From positions 1 to 33,226 of the IMG/VR virus record IMGVR_UViG_3300043184_000210: a DNA stretch of 33,226 nt; one strand, given 5' to 3'. The first letter of the stretch is position 1, and every line of letters starts with the position of its first letter. The notes below the pieces were generated by a model. That model made no database searches. It was not told the DNA's origin and worked only from the letters and a program-made list of their open reading frames with translations. The stretch comes from a virus (lineage: Duplodnaviria; Caudoviricetes). Position numbers and translations under genes: made by a program. Positions 8,883 through 17,554 of the stretch are shown piece after piece.

Positions 8883-9490
8883 GCCTCGTTCCAGCGGGTC
8901 AGCGCCGTGCCCCAGAGCACGTCGTAGACGGGCGCAATCTCGTCGGGGCGCCAGATGGTCGGTCGAATCGCCAGCCGCTGCCGGCCGGCCTCGGCCCGCA
9001 CCCAGTAGGCCGCCACGTCGATGCGCCCGGCCAGGCCGTCGCGGAGCATCCACTGCAAGGCCTCGCGGGCGTAGAACTGCGCGCGGGCCGGCACGTCATC
9101 CGTCGCCTTGCCCACCGTCAGAAGCCACAGAAGCGAGCCCCAGTCGTCATCGGCCTCGGGCGCGGCAGCCGTGTCGGGCGGCGGCAGGAACTCGGCTCCG
9201 ACCCAGCCTCGCCGGTCACGCTGGCCGGCAGGCAGCGTGTCGTCGGCGCCGGCGCGAGCGTCGGTGAAGAGGCTGAGCACCACCGCCGTCGCCATGCCTC
9301 CCTCAAGCGCGATGGCGTATGTCGCCAGCACATCGACACCGGGCGCAGGCTCCGCGGCGGCGTTGACGAAGCCGGTGTACGGGTAGTTTCGCGGCGCCTC
9401 GGGCGGCGTCAGCCGCAGGTCGAAAGGCACCTGCGCCGCTGCGAAAGCGGCACTGCCTGCGGGCATGGGGCGGGTGGCCAGATCGAACAC
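8879..9490 (-). CDS. Baseplate protein, Mu gp46-like, 203 aa
   Basis: TAVVLSLFTDARA, RRGWVG, WGSLLWLL, AREALQWMLRDG; GTG start. Confidence 0.9.
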   Translation of the reverse strand: MFDLATRPMPAGSAAFAAAQVPFDLRLTPPEAPRNYPYTGFVNAAAEPAPGVDVLATYAIALEGGMATAVVLSLFTDARAGADDTLPAGQRDRRGWVGAEFLPPPDTAAAPEADDDWGSLLWLLTVGKATDDVPARAQFYAREALQWMLRDGLAGRIDVAAYWVRAEAGRQRLAIRPTIWRPDEIAPVYDVLWGTALTRWNEA

Positions 9491-9496
9491 CCGGCC

Positions 9497-9540
9497 ATGG
9501 TGCTGGGCGCTCTGCGGCGCGTCCTTGTGAAACGCTTCAC
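9497..9540 (-). promoter_or_regulatory. Putative Mor/C-activated late promoter upstream of gp46
   Basis: Minus strand GTGAAGCGTTTCACAAGGACGC (9540-9519), then 16 nt, then the -10-like CACCAT (9502-9497); 21/22 identical to the motif at 18863-18884. Confidence 0.7.
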
Positions 9541-9585
9541 CCGCGGGCCACGTAGGGCCTGGCGGGCGGGCTTACCGCGCGGCGG

Positions 9586-9957
9586 CTACAACCACTGCAC
9601 TGGTGCGAGCACCAGGTAGGTGAGCTGCACGCTGCCGCCGCCGATCTCGCCCAGGCTGCCGAACATGCACTTGGGCAGCAACGCGCGGCGCCCACTCTGC
9701 TGGTCGCGCAGCGTGATCTGCACCTCCGTCTGCCCGGCGAGCGATGCCGGGTCCGTGGCGCTGTTGAACTGAAGCTGCACCGTCACCGTGGTCGGCACTC
9801 GCCGGCGGCTGGCGAAGTCGTCGCCGCTGGCACTCGGGCGCAGCTCGTTCTCGAATCGCGCCGCTCCCGAGAGCCGGGCCGAGCCGTCCTCGAAGGCCAC
9901 GGGCTTGCCGTCGACCACGAGCGTGTCGACGCGGAAAAGGAGGTTCTCGCCTGCCAT
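9586..9957 (-). CDS. Tail tube protein, Mu gpM-like, 123 aa
   Basis: ATG 9957 with upstream AGGAG; directly after the sheath gene; size and beta-rich pattern fit. Confidence 0.82.
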   Translation of the reverse strand: MAGENLLFRVDTLVVDGKPVAFEDGSARLSGAARFENELRPSASGDDFASRRRVPTTVTVQLQFNSATDPASLAGQTEVQITLRDQQSGRRALLPKCMFGSLGEIGGGSVQLTYLVLAPVQWL

Positions 9958-9988
9958 GGTGTCGGGCTCCTGAGTTGCGTGTCGTGGA

Positions 9989-11485
9989 TCAGACCTGGCC
10001 GGCAACGACGAAGCTGGTGATCTCGGTCTGGTAGTGCTGCGTCACGATGACTGGCTCGTCGCGGATCTTCAGCTTGCCGGCCGGCGCGTCGATCTCCACC
10101 GTCAGCGTCTGCTGGTAGTAGGGCATGTTCTGGCACAGCCCGGCGTCCATGAACACCTTGTAGAGGCCGACCATGATCTCCTCGGCCAGATCCGGCGTCA
10201 TGATCTGCTGCCCCGGCAGCGGCTCGGTGATGTACTGCGCAAGCTTGAAGCCGACGTAGCGCGTCTGGAACTCGGTCACCCGGTACCAGCGGTAGTAGCT
10301 CATGGTCTTGATCCAGCACAGCTCGGCCATGCTGCGATCGGCAGCGCCGTTGAGGGCATTGGCGTAGTTGGTCACCATGCGCAGCAGGCTGCCGCTGTAG
10401 TCGGGCGCGATCGCCAGCGGACTGCCACCCATGACCAGCAGGTTGTTGATCTGGTCCACGGTCCAGTGGTTGCCAGCGCTGGGGCCACGGTAGCCGTTGA
10501 GCACGATGCCCGTGTGCGGCAGCGCTGGGTCCAGCGCCGCCTGGCTCTCGATGCGCGCGCCCGCCATCGCGGCCGTCTCCCACGGGTTGGTGCAGTCTCG
10601 GGTGACGGCGATCGTGTGGATCTGCTCGCTGTTGCGCGTGCTGAAGAACGTGGTCAGTGCCGCCTCGTTTCCGCGCACGCAGTTCACGAGCTGGGCGTCC
10701 TGCATGTTGTTGGCCGCCCAGCGCGCCGTCAGCTCCTGCTCCAGCAGCGCCATGCTCGTGCTGTCGGTGAACGGGCACACGATCTCGGTCGGCCGGTAGC
10801 CCGTCATGGCCACCACCAGCGGCGTCAGGTCCGGGGCCACGGTGCCGCCGGCCATGGCCGGCGTGGCCAGCGTCAGGCCCTGCGGCATGCGGTCATCGAA
10901 GTAGTACGTGTTGCGCACGTCGATGTCGTTGCCCGAGAGGCCCACCGTCTTGGCCGTGATTCGGCATTCGTTGGTGTTGGCCGTGGCCGCAGCGCTCACG
11001 GGTAGCGCCGGCCGTGCGTTGATGGCGGCGATGAGCTTGGTCGCCACCGTTGCCTGGGTGTCGCTCGTGGTCACGCCGAACACGATGCGCTCGCCGCCGA
11101 TGTAGACCATCACCTCGCCGCCCTGCAGCAGCCCGGCGCCGGCGCCCGCGCTGTTGGTGAAGGCCAGCGTGCTCGTGGCCGCTGCTGCGCCCGCGCCGGT
11201 GGCCAGCGCGATGCAGTCGATCGGCATGCCGCTGTCGGCGTTGGCCTTGGCCGCGCGCCACATGCTCACCAGCATCGAGCCCTCGCCGAAGCGCTGGATC
11301 GCATCGGCCTCGGTGCTGACGGTGACGATGTTGTTGAGCGGCAGCGCTCCGGCGGCGAGTTTGTGGCCCACCAGCAGCAGCCGCCGGGGCATGCCGCGCA
11401 AGCCCCGGATCGCACGGCTGAAGTCGAGCTTGGCCGCGACGAAGGGCACGAGGAAGTTGAGGCTGAGCAGGTTGGGCAGTGCCAT
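9989..11485 (-). CDS. Tail sheath protein, Mu gpL-like, 498 aa
   Basis: RLLLVGHKL, AIQRFGEGSML, ITAKTVGLSGNDI, DPALP, LLRMVTNY; size fits. Confidence 0.95.
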   Translation of the reverse strand: MALPNLLSLNFLVPFVAAKLDFSRAIRGLRGMPRRLLLVGHKLAAGALPLNNIVTVSTEADAIQRFGEGSMLVSMWRAAKANADSGMPIDCIALATGAGAAAATSTLAFTNSAGAGAGLLQGGEVMVYIGGERIVFGVTTSDTQATVATKLIAAINARPALPVSAAATANTNECRITAKTVGLSGNDIDVRNTYYFDDRMPQGLTLATPAMAGGTVAPDLTPLVVAMTGYRPTEIVCPFTDSTSMALLEQELTARWAANNMQDAQLVNCVRGNEAALTTFFSTRNSEQIHTIAVTRDCTNPWETAAMAGARIESQAALDPALPHTGIVLNGYRGPSAGNHWTVDQINNLLVMGGSPLAIAPDYSGSLLRMVTNYANALNGAADRSMAELCWIKTMSYYRWYRVTEFQTRYVGFKLAQYITEPLPGQQIMTPDLAEEIMVGLYKVFMDAGLCQNMPYYQQTLTVEIDAPAGKLKIRDEPVIVTQHYQTEITSFVVAGQV

Positions 11486-11544
11486 GGCGGGAGGCTTTCA
11501 GGTGGGGTTCGACAGGAAATCGAAGCTCGTTCGACGGATGGCGC

Positions 11545-11814
11545 TCAGCCCGCCGGGCGCGGCGCCAGCACCAGGTCGCCATCGGCCAGCCGGCGCAGCA
11601 GCGTCACGGTCACCGTCTGCGGGGTCGGCGTGTCGGGCGCAAAGGTGCCGCCGGTTTCGTTGTTGATGAGCGTGGCGCCGGGGGCGACCTGCACGTACAC
11701 CAGCGATCCCATCGGGGGCAGCGCTCGTGCGATCGTCGCAATGCCGGGCACAGGGGCCGCAGAGGCGCCTGGCTCGTTCGCGGCGCCGGGTTTGATGTCG
11801 GTGATCTTGGCCAT
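11545..11814 (-). CDS. Mu gp38-like (DUF2635) small protein, 89 aa
   Basis: ATG 11814 with upstream GAGG; C-terminal LLRRLADGDLV; directly before the sheath gene. Confidence 0.75.
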   Translation of the reverse strand: MAKITDIKPGAANEPGASAAPVPGIATIARALPPMGSLVYVQVAPGATLINNETGGTFAPDTPTPQTVTVTLLRRLADGDLVLAPRPAG

Positions 11815-11831
11815 GCGTCCTCGCAAGGTGG

Positions 11832-12440
11832 TCAGGCGTTGAAGGGCAGCGGCTTGAATCGCACGTCCTGCTCGACGGTCAGCGATCCGGCCGCGGGCGG
11901 CGGCGGGGGCAGGTTCCCCTGCACCGTGTCGTCGGTGATCTCGATGCGCACCAGGTCCACCAGCTGCTCCAGCGGCACTTGCGCGCTCACGTGCTGATCC
12001 CAGCTCACGAGCCAAAGGGCCAGGCCCTTGGCGTCGATCGCGCGGCCGAAGAGGTTCTCCGCCGAAGGCTCGTCTTCGAGCGGCGCAATGGCCGTGGCCT
12101 GCGTCACCAGCGAAGCGGGCTTCCACAGCTTGAGCGCCAGGCACAGCTTGTGGGCGATGGCCATCGCCTGTTCCAGCCGCTTTTCGCGTTCCGGATGCTT
12201 GGTGACGACGAATGTCGCCATGCGAACTCGGCGCAGGTGCCGGCCCGCGATGCGCACGTTCGGGTCGTTCTCCGGCTGCCAGCCCAGCACCGTGACGAGC
12301 AGCGCCGGGCAGGCAAAGCTCACCTGGCCGACCTCCACTGCGTTGAACTCTCCCGCGTAGGGCTGCACCGTGCGCACTTCGGCGCTGGTGAAGCTCGCCC
12401 GGGCTTGGGCGACTGTGGCGTTGAGCAGCTCGGCGCTCAC
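11832..12440 (-). CDS. Tail terminator, Mu gp37 (gpK)-like, 202 aa
   Basis: VQPYAGEF, PALLVTVLGW, AENLF...KGLALWLVSWDQ; synteny. Confidence 0.75.
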   Translation of the reverse strand: MSAELLNATVAQARASFTSAEVRTVQPYAGEFNAVEVGQVSFACPALLVTVLGWQPENDPNVRIAGRHLRRVRMATFVVTKHPEREKRLEQAMAIAHKLCLALKLWKPASLVTQATAIAPLEDEPSAENLFGRAIDAKGLALWLVSWDQHVSAQVPLEQLVDLVRIEITDDTVQGNLPPPPPAAGSLTVEQDVRFKPLPFNA

Positions 12441-12970
12441 GTGCGGGCTCCTGAACCTGCGCCACCGCCCTGCGTGCGCACGATGTCGGCGATGAGGATG
12501 TCGCCGAGCTGGCGCTCCTGCGCAGCGCCGAAGCCCATCACGGGACGCGGCGGGAGCGTGAAGCGTGCATTGCGCCGCCCCGTCTCGCCGCCGAAGTGGT
12601 GGATCGCGGCGTAGACCATTTCGCTGCCGACTTCCAATCCCAGCCGCCCGTCGAGTTGGTAGACGTAGCTGTCGTAGAGCAGGTGGCTATCGATCAGCGT
12701 CTTGCCCGGCTTACCTTTGCCGACGATCTTGCCCTTCCTGCGCTCGCGGCCTGTGCGGCCTTCGCCGGTTCGCGCCGCCTTGCTCTGCGGCATCGGGGAG
12801 CCATCGGCGAGCCGCTGCCCGTCCAGGTTGTCCTGGATGTCGCCGACCATGAACTCACCGATCTCGCGGCGCGCGGAGTCGAAGCCGCGCCGATCCAGGA
12901 TCGAGAGCCTGGCCAGGTGGGCGCGGATCGGCCCGTCGTCGAAGCCCAGCCGCAGCGCGACGCCGCTCAT
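12437..12970 (-). CDS. Virion morphogenesis / tail completion protein, Mu gpG-like, 177 aa
   Basis: ATG 12970 in ATGA overlap; KTLIDSHLLYDS, VGSEMVYAAIHHFGG, LPPRPVMG. Confidence 0.9.
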   Translation of the reverse strand: MSGVALRLGFDDGPIRAHLARLSILDRRGFDSARREIGEFMVGDIQDNLDGQRLADGSPMPQSKAARTGEGRTGRERRKGKIVGKGKPGKTLIDSHLLYDSYVYQLDGRLGLEVGSEMVYAAIHHFGGETGRRNARFTLPPRPVMGFGAAQERQLGDILIADIVRTQGGGAGSGART

Positions 12971-13491
12971 TGCACGGCCCCGAAGCGCGACCAGTCGAAG
13001 CCGCTCGCGGCCTGGCCCGAGCGCACACCAGGCGTGCGTGCCACGGGCTGGCCGACCGGATCGATCAGCGTCACGCGCCGCGCCTGCACGTCCACGAGCC
13101 ACTTGCGCCAGTGCTTGCAGCAGTCGGTCATCTGCTCGGTCGCGTTGTCCGGATCGTCGGCCAGGCCGCAGCGCGTGAGCGCCAGGCAGCAGTCCTCCAG
13201 CACGCCCGCGTTCGCGTCGCCCGGCGCCAGCGGCAGCGTCACGGCCGCCCGCAGGTAGCCGTCGATGAAATTGCTCTGTACCGCGAGCTGGCGCACCAGG
13301 CGCGCGAGCGCGGCCTGCGCGGCAGCTTTCTGGGCGTCGCTGGGGTTGCCCGTCCACGATCCGCCATCGGCCACCGCGATCGCGTCCAGCAGCAACTGCT
13401 TGGTGAGCAGTTGCTCTTCGTCCGCCAGCATGCCGGCGGCCTCGTCGGCGCCGAAGCGGGCGAGGTAGGCGGTGGCGGTGGCGTAGGGCAT
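12967..13491 (-). CDS. Head-tail connector, Mu gp36 (gpJ, DUF1320)-like, 174 aa
   Basis: ATG 13491 (MPYATATAYLARFG); SNFIDGYLRAAVTLPL, WRKWLVDVQ. Confidence 0.88.
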   Translation of the reverse strand: MPYATATAYLARFGADEAAGMLADEEQLLTKQLLLDAIAVADGGSWTGNPSDAQKAAAQAALARLVRQLAVQSNFIDGYLRAAVTLPLAPGDANAGVLEDCCLALTRCGLADDPDNATEQMTDCCKHWRKWLVDVQARRVTLIDPVGQPVARTPGVRSGQAASGFDWSRFGAVQ

Positions 13492-13493
13492 GG

Positions 13494-15488
13494 TCAGATG
13501 TACAGGTCTTCGTCGCCCGTCACGTCGTCGAAGATCGGCTCGCTGATCTCGATGGTCAGCACCGGGCCGGCGCTGAACGCGGCCTGCACCGTGGCTGCGG
13601 CAAGCAGATCTGCCGAGGTCACTGTCAGGCCCGTTGGGATGCGCACAACCGGCAGGCGAACATGCAGCAGCATGTCTTCGGCGATGGTCAGCGTCTCGCT
13701 CGGCGCGCCGTCGGTCGTTGGGCTGACGGTGTAGCTGTCGCCATTGCTCAACCCGATGACGAGCTGGATCAGCAGCAGGCTGAGTGCGGTGGCCGGATGG
13801 TTGTTGGACGCGATCTTCAGCGTGAATCCGCAGAGGTAGCTGCGTCCGGGCAGCATGTCCTGCGCCACCGTGGTGGTGCCGGCGTAGGACATCTGCGGTC
13901 GCGCGCCCGTCGTGGCCTGTGTGATGTCGAGATAGAAGCAGTTGCCCACCGGCGCCGGCAAGCTGCCGCCGATGGCGCTTGCGGCCACACCCGTGGCCGG
14001 CCGCACGCCGGTGCTTGCCGTGCCGGAGCCAATGCCGAAGCTGCACGTCCACAGCGCGGGCGCAGTCGTGCCGCTGGCGACCGTGATCCCCACACCAGGT
14101 GTGCCACCGCCGTTGACCGTCAGGAACATCGGGTTGCCGAGCAGGTTGCGACTGCGGCTGATCTGCAGCCCAGTCACGGCTCCGTCCGGCGTGCCGGAGG
14201 CCAGGTAGGTGAACTGGTTGTTGTTCGGCGCCTGCAGGGTGCTGAAGATGCCGTTTGCAGTGGCCGGCGTTGCGCCGCGGGCGCGGAACTCGCCGCCCGC
14301 CTGAAAGCCATGCGCCGTGGAGTTGACCGTGATCACCCCGCCGGCCGCCGTGGCGCTGCTGATGGTGATGCGCGACGTGGGGTGCGAGTCGAGCAAGCCG
14401 CGCGGCTGGCGCAGCGGCGCAGGGCCTGCGATGCGGCGGATGATGTCGCCGTAGAGCTTGGAGTTCGCCACGCTCGTCTTGACCGCCGGGTGGATTGCGT
14501 CGCCCGCCCGCACTCGCGAGACCAGCGCGCGACCATCCGCATCGGTCACGTCGACGAAGTTGCGGTAGTGCGGCACGACGTCGATGCCACGCTTGCTGCG
14601 GGCGTACTGGCTTAGCCAGCGGTTGCATCGAATCACCGTCAGCATGTTCTGCCGTGTCGCCCGCGCCTCGCCGGCGCCGACGGGGGTCATCTCGGCGCAG
14701 ATGACTTGCGTGCCACGCTCGATCAGCGCATCGAAGAACTGCCGGTTGTCCGAAATGATCCGGTCTTCGTGTGGCAGCAGGTCGGTGAAGTTGTTGAGGT
14801 TGTTGATGCCCGGCATCTGCCCGATGGCGATCTTCACGCCGGCATCCAGCAATTGAGGCAATTGATGCCGCAGCACGCCCGCCGAGGTCTGCCCAGACTG
14901 GGCGGCATTCAGCACGATGCGCAGTGGCCAGCCGTAGGCCATCTGCACCCACTGCAGGACGCTGCTGAGCGAGCGGCCCTGCTCGCACTCCAGGAAGAAG
15001 CCGGACTTGATGTCGATGGCCGGCACGTTCAGGCCGGGCGGCAACTGCATCGTCCAGACGAGCTGCGACACGCGGCTGAGCGGTCGGTAGAAGAAGTCGC
15101 GCAAGGCTTCATAGCCGTAGTGCCAGAAGCGGGAGCGTAGACCTGGGTAGAAGTTGGGAGCGACCACGAAGGTGAACGTGACCAGCCCGCTCGCAGTGTC
15201 ATAAACGACGCTGCTGACCGCCGAACCGGCGTCGAGGCTTGCAGCCGAGCGCCCGTACCAGCTGTACATGCTGTCGCCAAACACCCCGGCGTCGCAGCCG
15301 GGCAGGTACACGCGATCGCGCAGCGCCTGCTGCTGCGATGGCGTGAGCGCACGCGCAGGGACCTGATAGGCATCGCCGCCTTGCACGGCGATGGCCTCCT
15401 GTGCCGGCGTGAACCAGTCGATGTAGGCGTTCGGCGGATAGTTCACGCCGAACAGCGTCATCCCTCGGGATCCAGTCTGAATCGGCAT
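13494..15488 (-). CDS. SGNH/GDSL hydrolase with beta-rich accessory domains, probably virion-associated, 664 aa
   Basis: SGNH blocks VFGDS, NAAQSGQTS, PGINN and GDAIHP; beta-barrel-like VITVNSTAHGF; C-terminal region beginning RNLLGNPMF resembles a carbohydrate-binding jelly roll. Confidence 0.8.
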   Translation of the reverse strand: MPIQTGSRGMTLFGVNYPPNAYIDWFTPAQEAIAVQGGDAYQVPARALTPSQQQALRDRVYLPGCDAGVFGDSMYSWYGRSAASLDAGSAVSSVVYDTASGLVTFTFVVAPNFYPGLRSRFWHYGYEALRDFFYRPLSRVSQLVWTMQLPPGLNVPAIDIKSGFFLECEQGRSLSSVLQWVQMAYGWPLRIVLNAAQSGQTSAGVLRHQLPQLLDAGVKIAIGQMPGINNLNNFTDLLPHEDRIISDNRQFFDALIERGTQVICAEMTPVGAGEARATRQNMLTVIRCNRWLSQYARSKRGIDVVPHYRNFVDVTDADGRALVSRVRAGDAIHPAVKTSVANSKLYGDIIRRIAGPAPLRQPRGLLDSHPTSRITISSATAAGGVITVNSTAHGFQAGGEFRARGATPATANGIFSTLQAPNNNQFTYLASGTPDGAVTGLQISRSRNLLGNPMFLTVNGGGTPGVGITVASGTTAPALWTCSFGIGSGTASTGVRPATGVAASAIGGSLPAPVGNCFYLDITQATTGARPQMSYAGTTTVAQDMLPGRSYLCGFTLKIASNNHPATALSLLLIQLVIGLSNGDSYTVSPTTDGAPSETLTIAEDMLLHVRLPVVRIPTGLTVTSADLLAAATVQAAFSAGPVLTIEISEPIFDDVTGDEDLYI

Positions 15489-15520
15489 GTGTCTCTCGCT
15501 TCGTCGATAGGTCCGCTCAG

Positions 15521-15724
15521 TGCCGGGGCTTCACCTTCGACGTTCCGCTGGATCCAGCCCCGGCATGAGGTTGGGCGTAGCTTTCTGGCGGGCTCCACTG
15601 GCCGGGCAGAAAGCATCCCGGCCAGCCTCGACGCCCTCGCCTCTTGGGGTATCGATCCAGGGCTTGCACCTGGCGCGCCGCGCAGTCCCCCGCTTGGCTC
15701 AGGGCGGATTCAGGCTCCACCCGC
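15521..15724 (-). ncRNA. Candidate structured RNA / cis element with several hairpins and an H-type pseudoknot
   Basis: 250-nt gap in an otherwise tightly packed operon. Stems 15521-30/15556-65 (10 bp) and 15598-606/15617-25 (9 bp); the loop of the latter (15607-14) is perfectly complementary to 15580-87. CCAGG-UGCAAGC-CCUGG hairpin near 15657-15673. Confidence 0.45.
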
Positions 15725-15739
15725 AGGCCTCGAATCGCT

Positions 15740-16150
15740 TCAGCTCTTGGGCCGCACCGTGTGCCCCAGCAGCGGCGCCGCCTGGGCCTCGGTCAGCTCG
15801 ATCTCGGAGTCGATGGCGTGCAGCGTGCCGTCGTTGAGCGGGCTCACGACGACGTACCACCGCTTGCCCGGCGTGGGCCGGGCGGCCTGCGGGGCTGGCG
15901 GCGGCGAGTCGGCTGAGTCGACACCGGCAGCCGCCTGTTCGGCCGCAGCCGCCTGACCAGCCGTGTCGCTGCCGACGGTGCCTGTGGTGTCGCTGCTGGG
16001 CACCTGGCCCTCGGCCGCATCGTCTGCGCCATCGGTCTGGCGCTGCTCGGCCGTCGGCGCAGCGCTGTCGGTTTTGGGGCTTTGGGCAGCAGCGGGGGCC
16101 GGGGCCGGCGCAGCGGCCGACGCCTTGATCTGAGGGGTCTTCTTGCTCAT
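15740..16150 (-). CDS. Mu gp35-like capsid-adjacent protein, 136 aa
   Basis: Low-complexity N-terminus plus C-terminal YVVVSPLNDGTLHAIDSEIELTEAQAAPLL; ATGA overlap with the capsid gene. Confidence 0.7.
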   Translation of the reverse strand: MSKKTPQIKASAAAPAPAPAAAQSPKTDSAAPTAEQRQTDGADDAAEGQVPSSDTTGTVGSDTAGQAAAAEQAAAGVDSADSPPPAPQAARPTPGKRWYVVVSPLNDGTLHAIDSEIELTEAQAAPLLGHTVRPKS

Positions 16151-17118
16151 GCCGCCACCGCGTTCTTGAACAGGTAGCCCAGATCATTGGCAGTGATCAG
16201 CTCCTTCACCGACTCGCCCGTGCGCACGCGCTGGCCGCCGCGGGCGCCGATGTCGGCGTCTTCGATCGTGCCGCCGATCTTGTCGCCGTATTCGGCGGTC
16301 ATGCCGAAGGTGACGCCGCCGCGCGTGTTGGCGCTCATGTTGCGGTAGCAGAAGCCCGCGTCCAGGCCCCAGCAGCGGTTCAGAACCGGCGCCTGGCCGG
16401 GCTTTGCGGTGTTGACGCGGGCGTTGCCGACGTAGATCTGCTCCAGCTCGAGCAGGTCCGCCAAGGCGCGGATGGGCACGATGCCGGCGTCGGTGTTGTT
16501 CCCGAAGACCGCCTTGCAGATCCGCGGGTGCTGGCGCAGCACTGTGGCAACGCGTTGGCCCATCCAGCCGATGTTGGGCCGCATGATCATCGAGTCGAAC
16601 GCGTCCATGATGGCGCGGATGGGGTCGCTGTTGACGTAGTCGCTCCACTGCGTCACGCCGGCCAGCGTCTGGCGGTTCGGCACCGCGTAGTTCGCGAGCG
16701 TGGTGGCCAGCGTGGCCGCGCGGAACTCTCGGCGATTGGCGACCGCCTGCATCACGAGTTCGGCGCCGTTCATGAGCGGGTCGACCATGCCCACCAGCGC
16801 CGTCGGGCCGCTGGCTGCGGCGCTGGCACGCTGCCATGCCTCGATGTCGGCGTTGGGCACCGGAAAGTCCAGCGCCTCGTCGAAGACCTGGTCGGTGACT
16901 TCGGTCGAGCCGAATTCCAGCTCGTTCGGCTTGCCCTTGCGGCCGACGCGCGTGTCCGGGGCGTTGAACGAGTCTGCGATGTTGTACTTGAGGTACCGGA
17001 ACGCCTCGGTCAACACCGGGACTCGGGGGAAAACGCCGTCGGCAATGAGGCCGGCTTGGCTGTACGCCACCGCGATCGAGATGATCGACGGGACGATGAC
17101 GAAGGGCTTGGTGGCCAT
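16147..17118 (-). CDS. Major capsid protein, 323 aa
   Basis: IADGVFPRVPV, DTRVGRKGKPNELEF, QWSDYVNSDPI, RPNIGWMG, GYLFKNAVA; lambda gpE-like capsid type; synteny. Confidence 0.9.
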   Translation of the reverse strand: MATKPFVIVPSIISIAVAYSQAGLIADGVFPRVPVLTEAFRYLKYNIADSFNAPDTRVGRKGKPNELEFGSTEVTDQVFDEALDFPVPNADIEAWQRASAAASGPTALVGMVDPLMNGAELVMQAVANRREFRAATLATTLANYAVPNRQTLAGVTQWSDYVNSDPIRAIMDAFDSMIMRPNIGWMGQRVATVLRQHPRICKAVFGNNTDAGIVPIRALADLLELEQIYVGNARVNTAKPGQAPVLNRCWGLDAGFCYRNMSANTRGGVTFGMTAEYGDKIGGTIEDADIGARGGQRVRTGESVKELITANDLGYLFKNAVAA

Positions 17119-17161
17119 GGTGCGAAGGGCTCCTGCAGGCGAGTCGTTGGGGTGCGGCGGC

Positions 17162-17521
17162 TCAGAGTTGGCCGAGCGAGCGCACGTAGGTGATCACGTC
17201 GTTGGCCACGCCCGCGATCTCGGCGCGGCCGATCACCTGGTGGCCCGTGGTGGTGGTGGCGACGGCGCGGCCGTTGGCGTCGCTGGTGAGCCAGTCGCCG
17301 GCCACCACGGTGCCGCCCAGGGTGACCTTGGGCACCGAGTCAGCGGCCATGTCCACGAGCTCGCCCGTCACGTGGTCCAGCTCGTCGCTGGTGCCGAGCA
17401 GACGCTGCGTCGCGGCGCTGGCCTTGATGCAGCTCATGTCGGCGGTGCCGGCGATGACGATGCGGTGGGCCTCGACGGCGGCTTCGGCCAGGCGGCTGCG
17501 GAACTTGCTGTTGATGGACAT
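17162..17521 (-). CDS. Capsid decoration/cement protein (DUF2190-like), 119 aa
   Basis: VTLGGTVVAGDWLTSDANGRAV, IGRAEIAGVANDVI; between protease and capsid genes. Confidence 0.8.
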   Translation of the reverse strand: MSINSKFRSRLAEAAVEAHRIVIAGTADMSCIKASAATQRLLGTSDELDHVTGELVDMAADSVPKVTLGGTVVAGDWLTSDANGRAVATTTTGHQVIGRAEIAGVANDVITYVRSLGQL

Positions 17522-17554
17522 GCGAACCTCGTTCGATGACGGTGAGAGCCAGCG

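Noticed and set aside
1-12970. Tailocin or contractile injection system
   Set aside because: Capsid, protease, repressor and transposition genes are linked, so this is a phage tail.
15517-15720. 67-aa ORF in the gap before the SGNH gene
   Set aside because: GTG start without a clear RBS and an unprotein-like composition; RNA structure explains the region better, though coding is not excluded.
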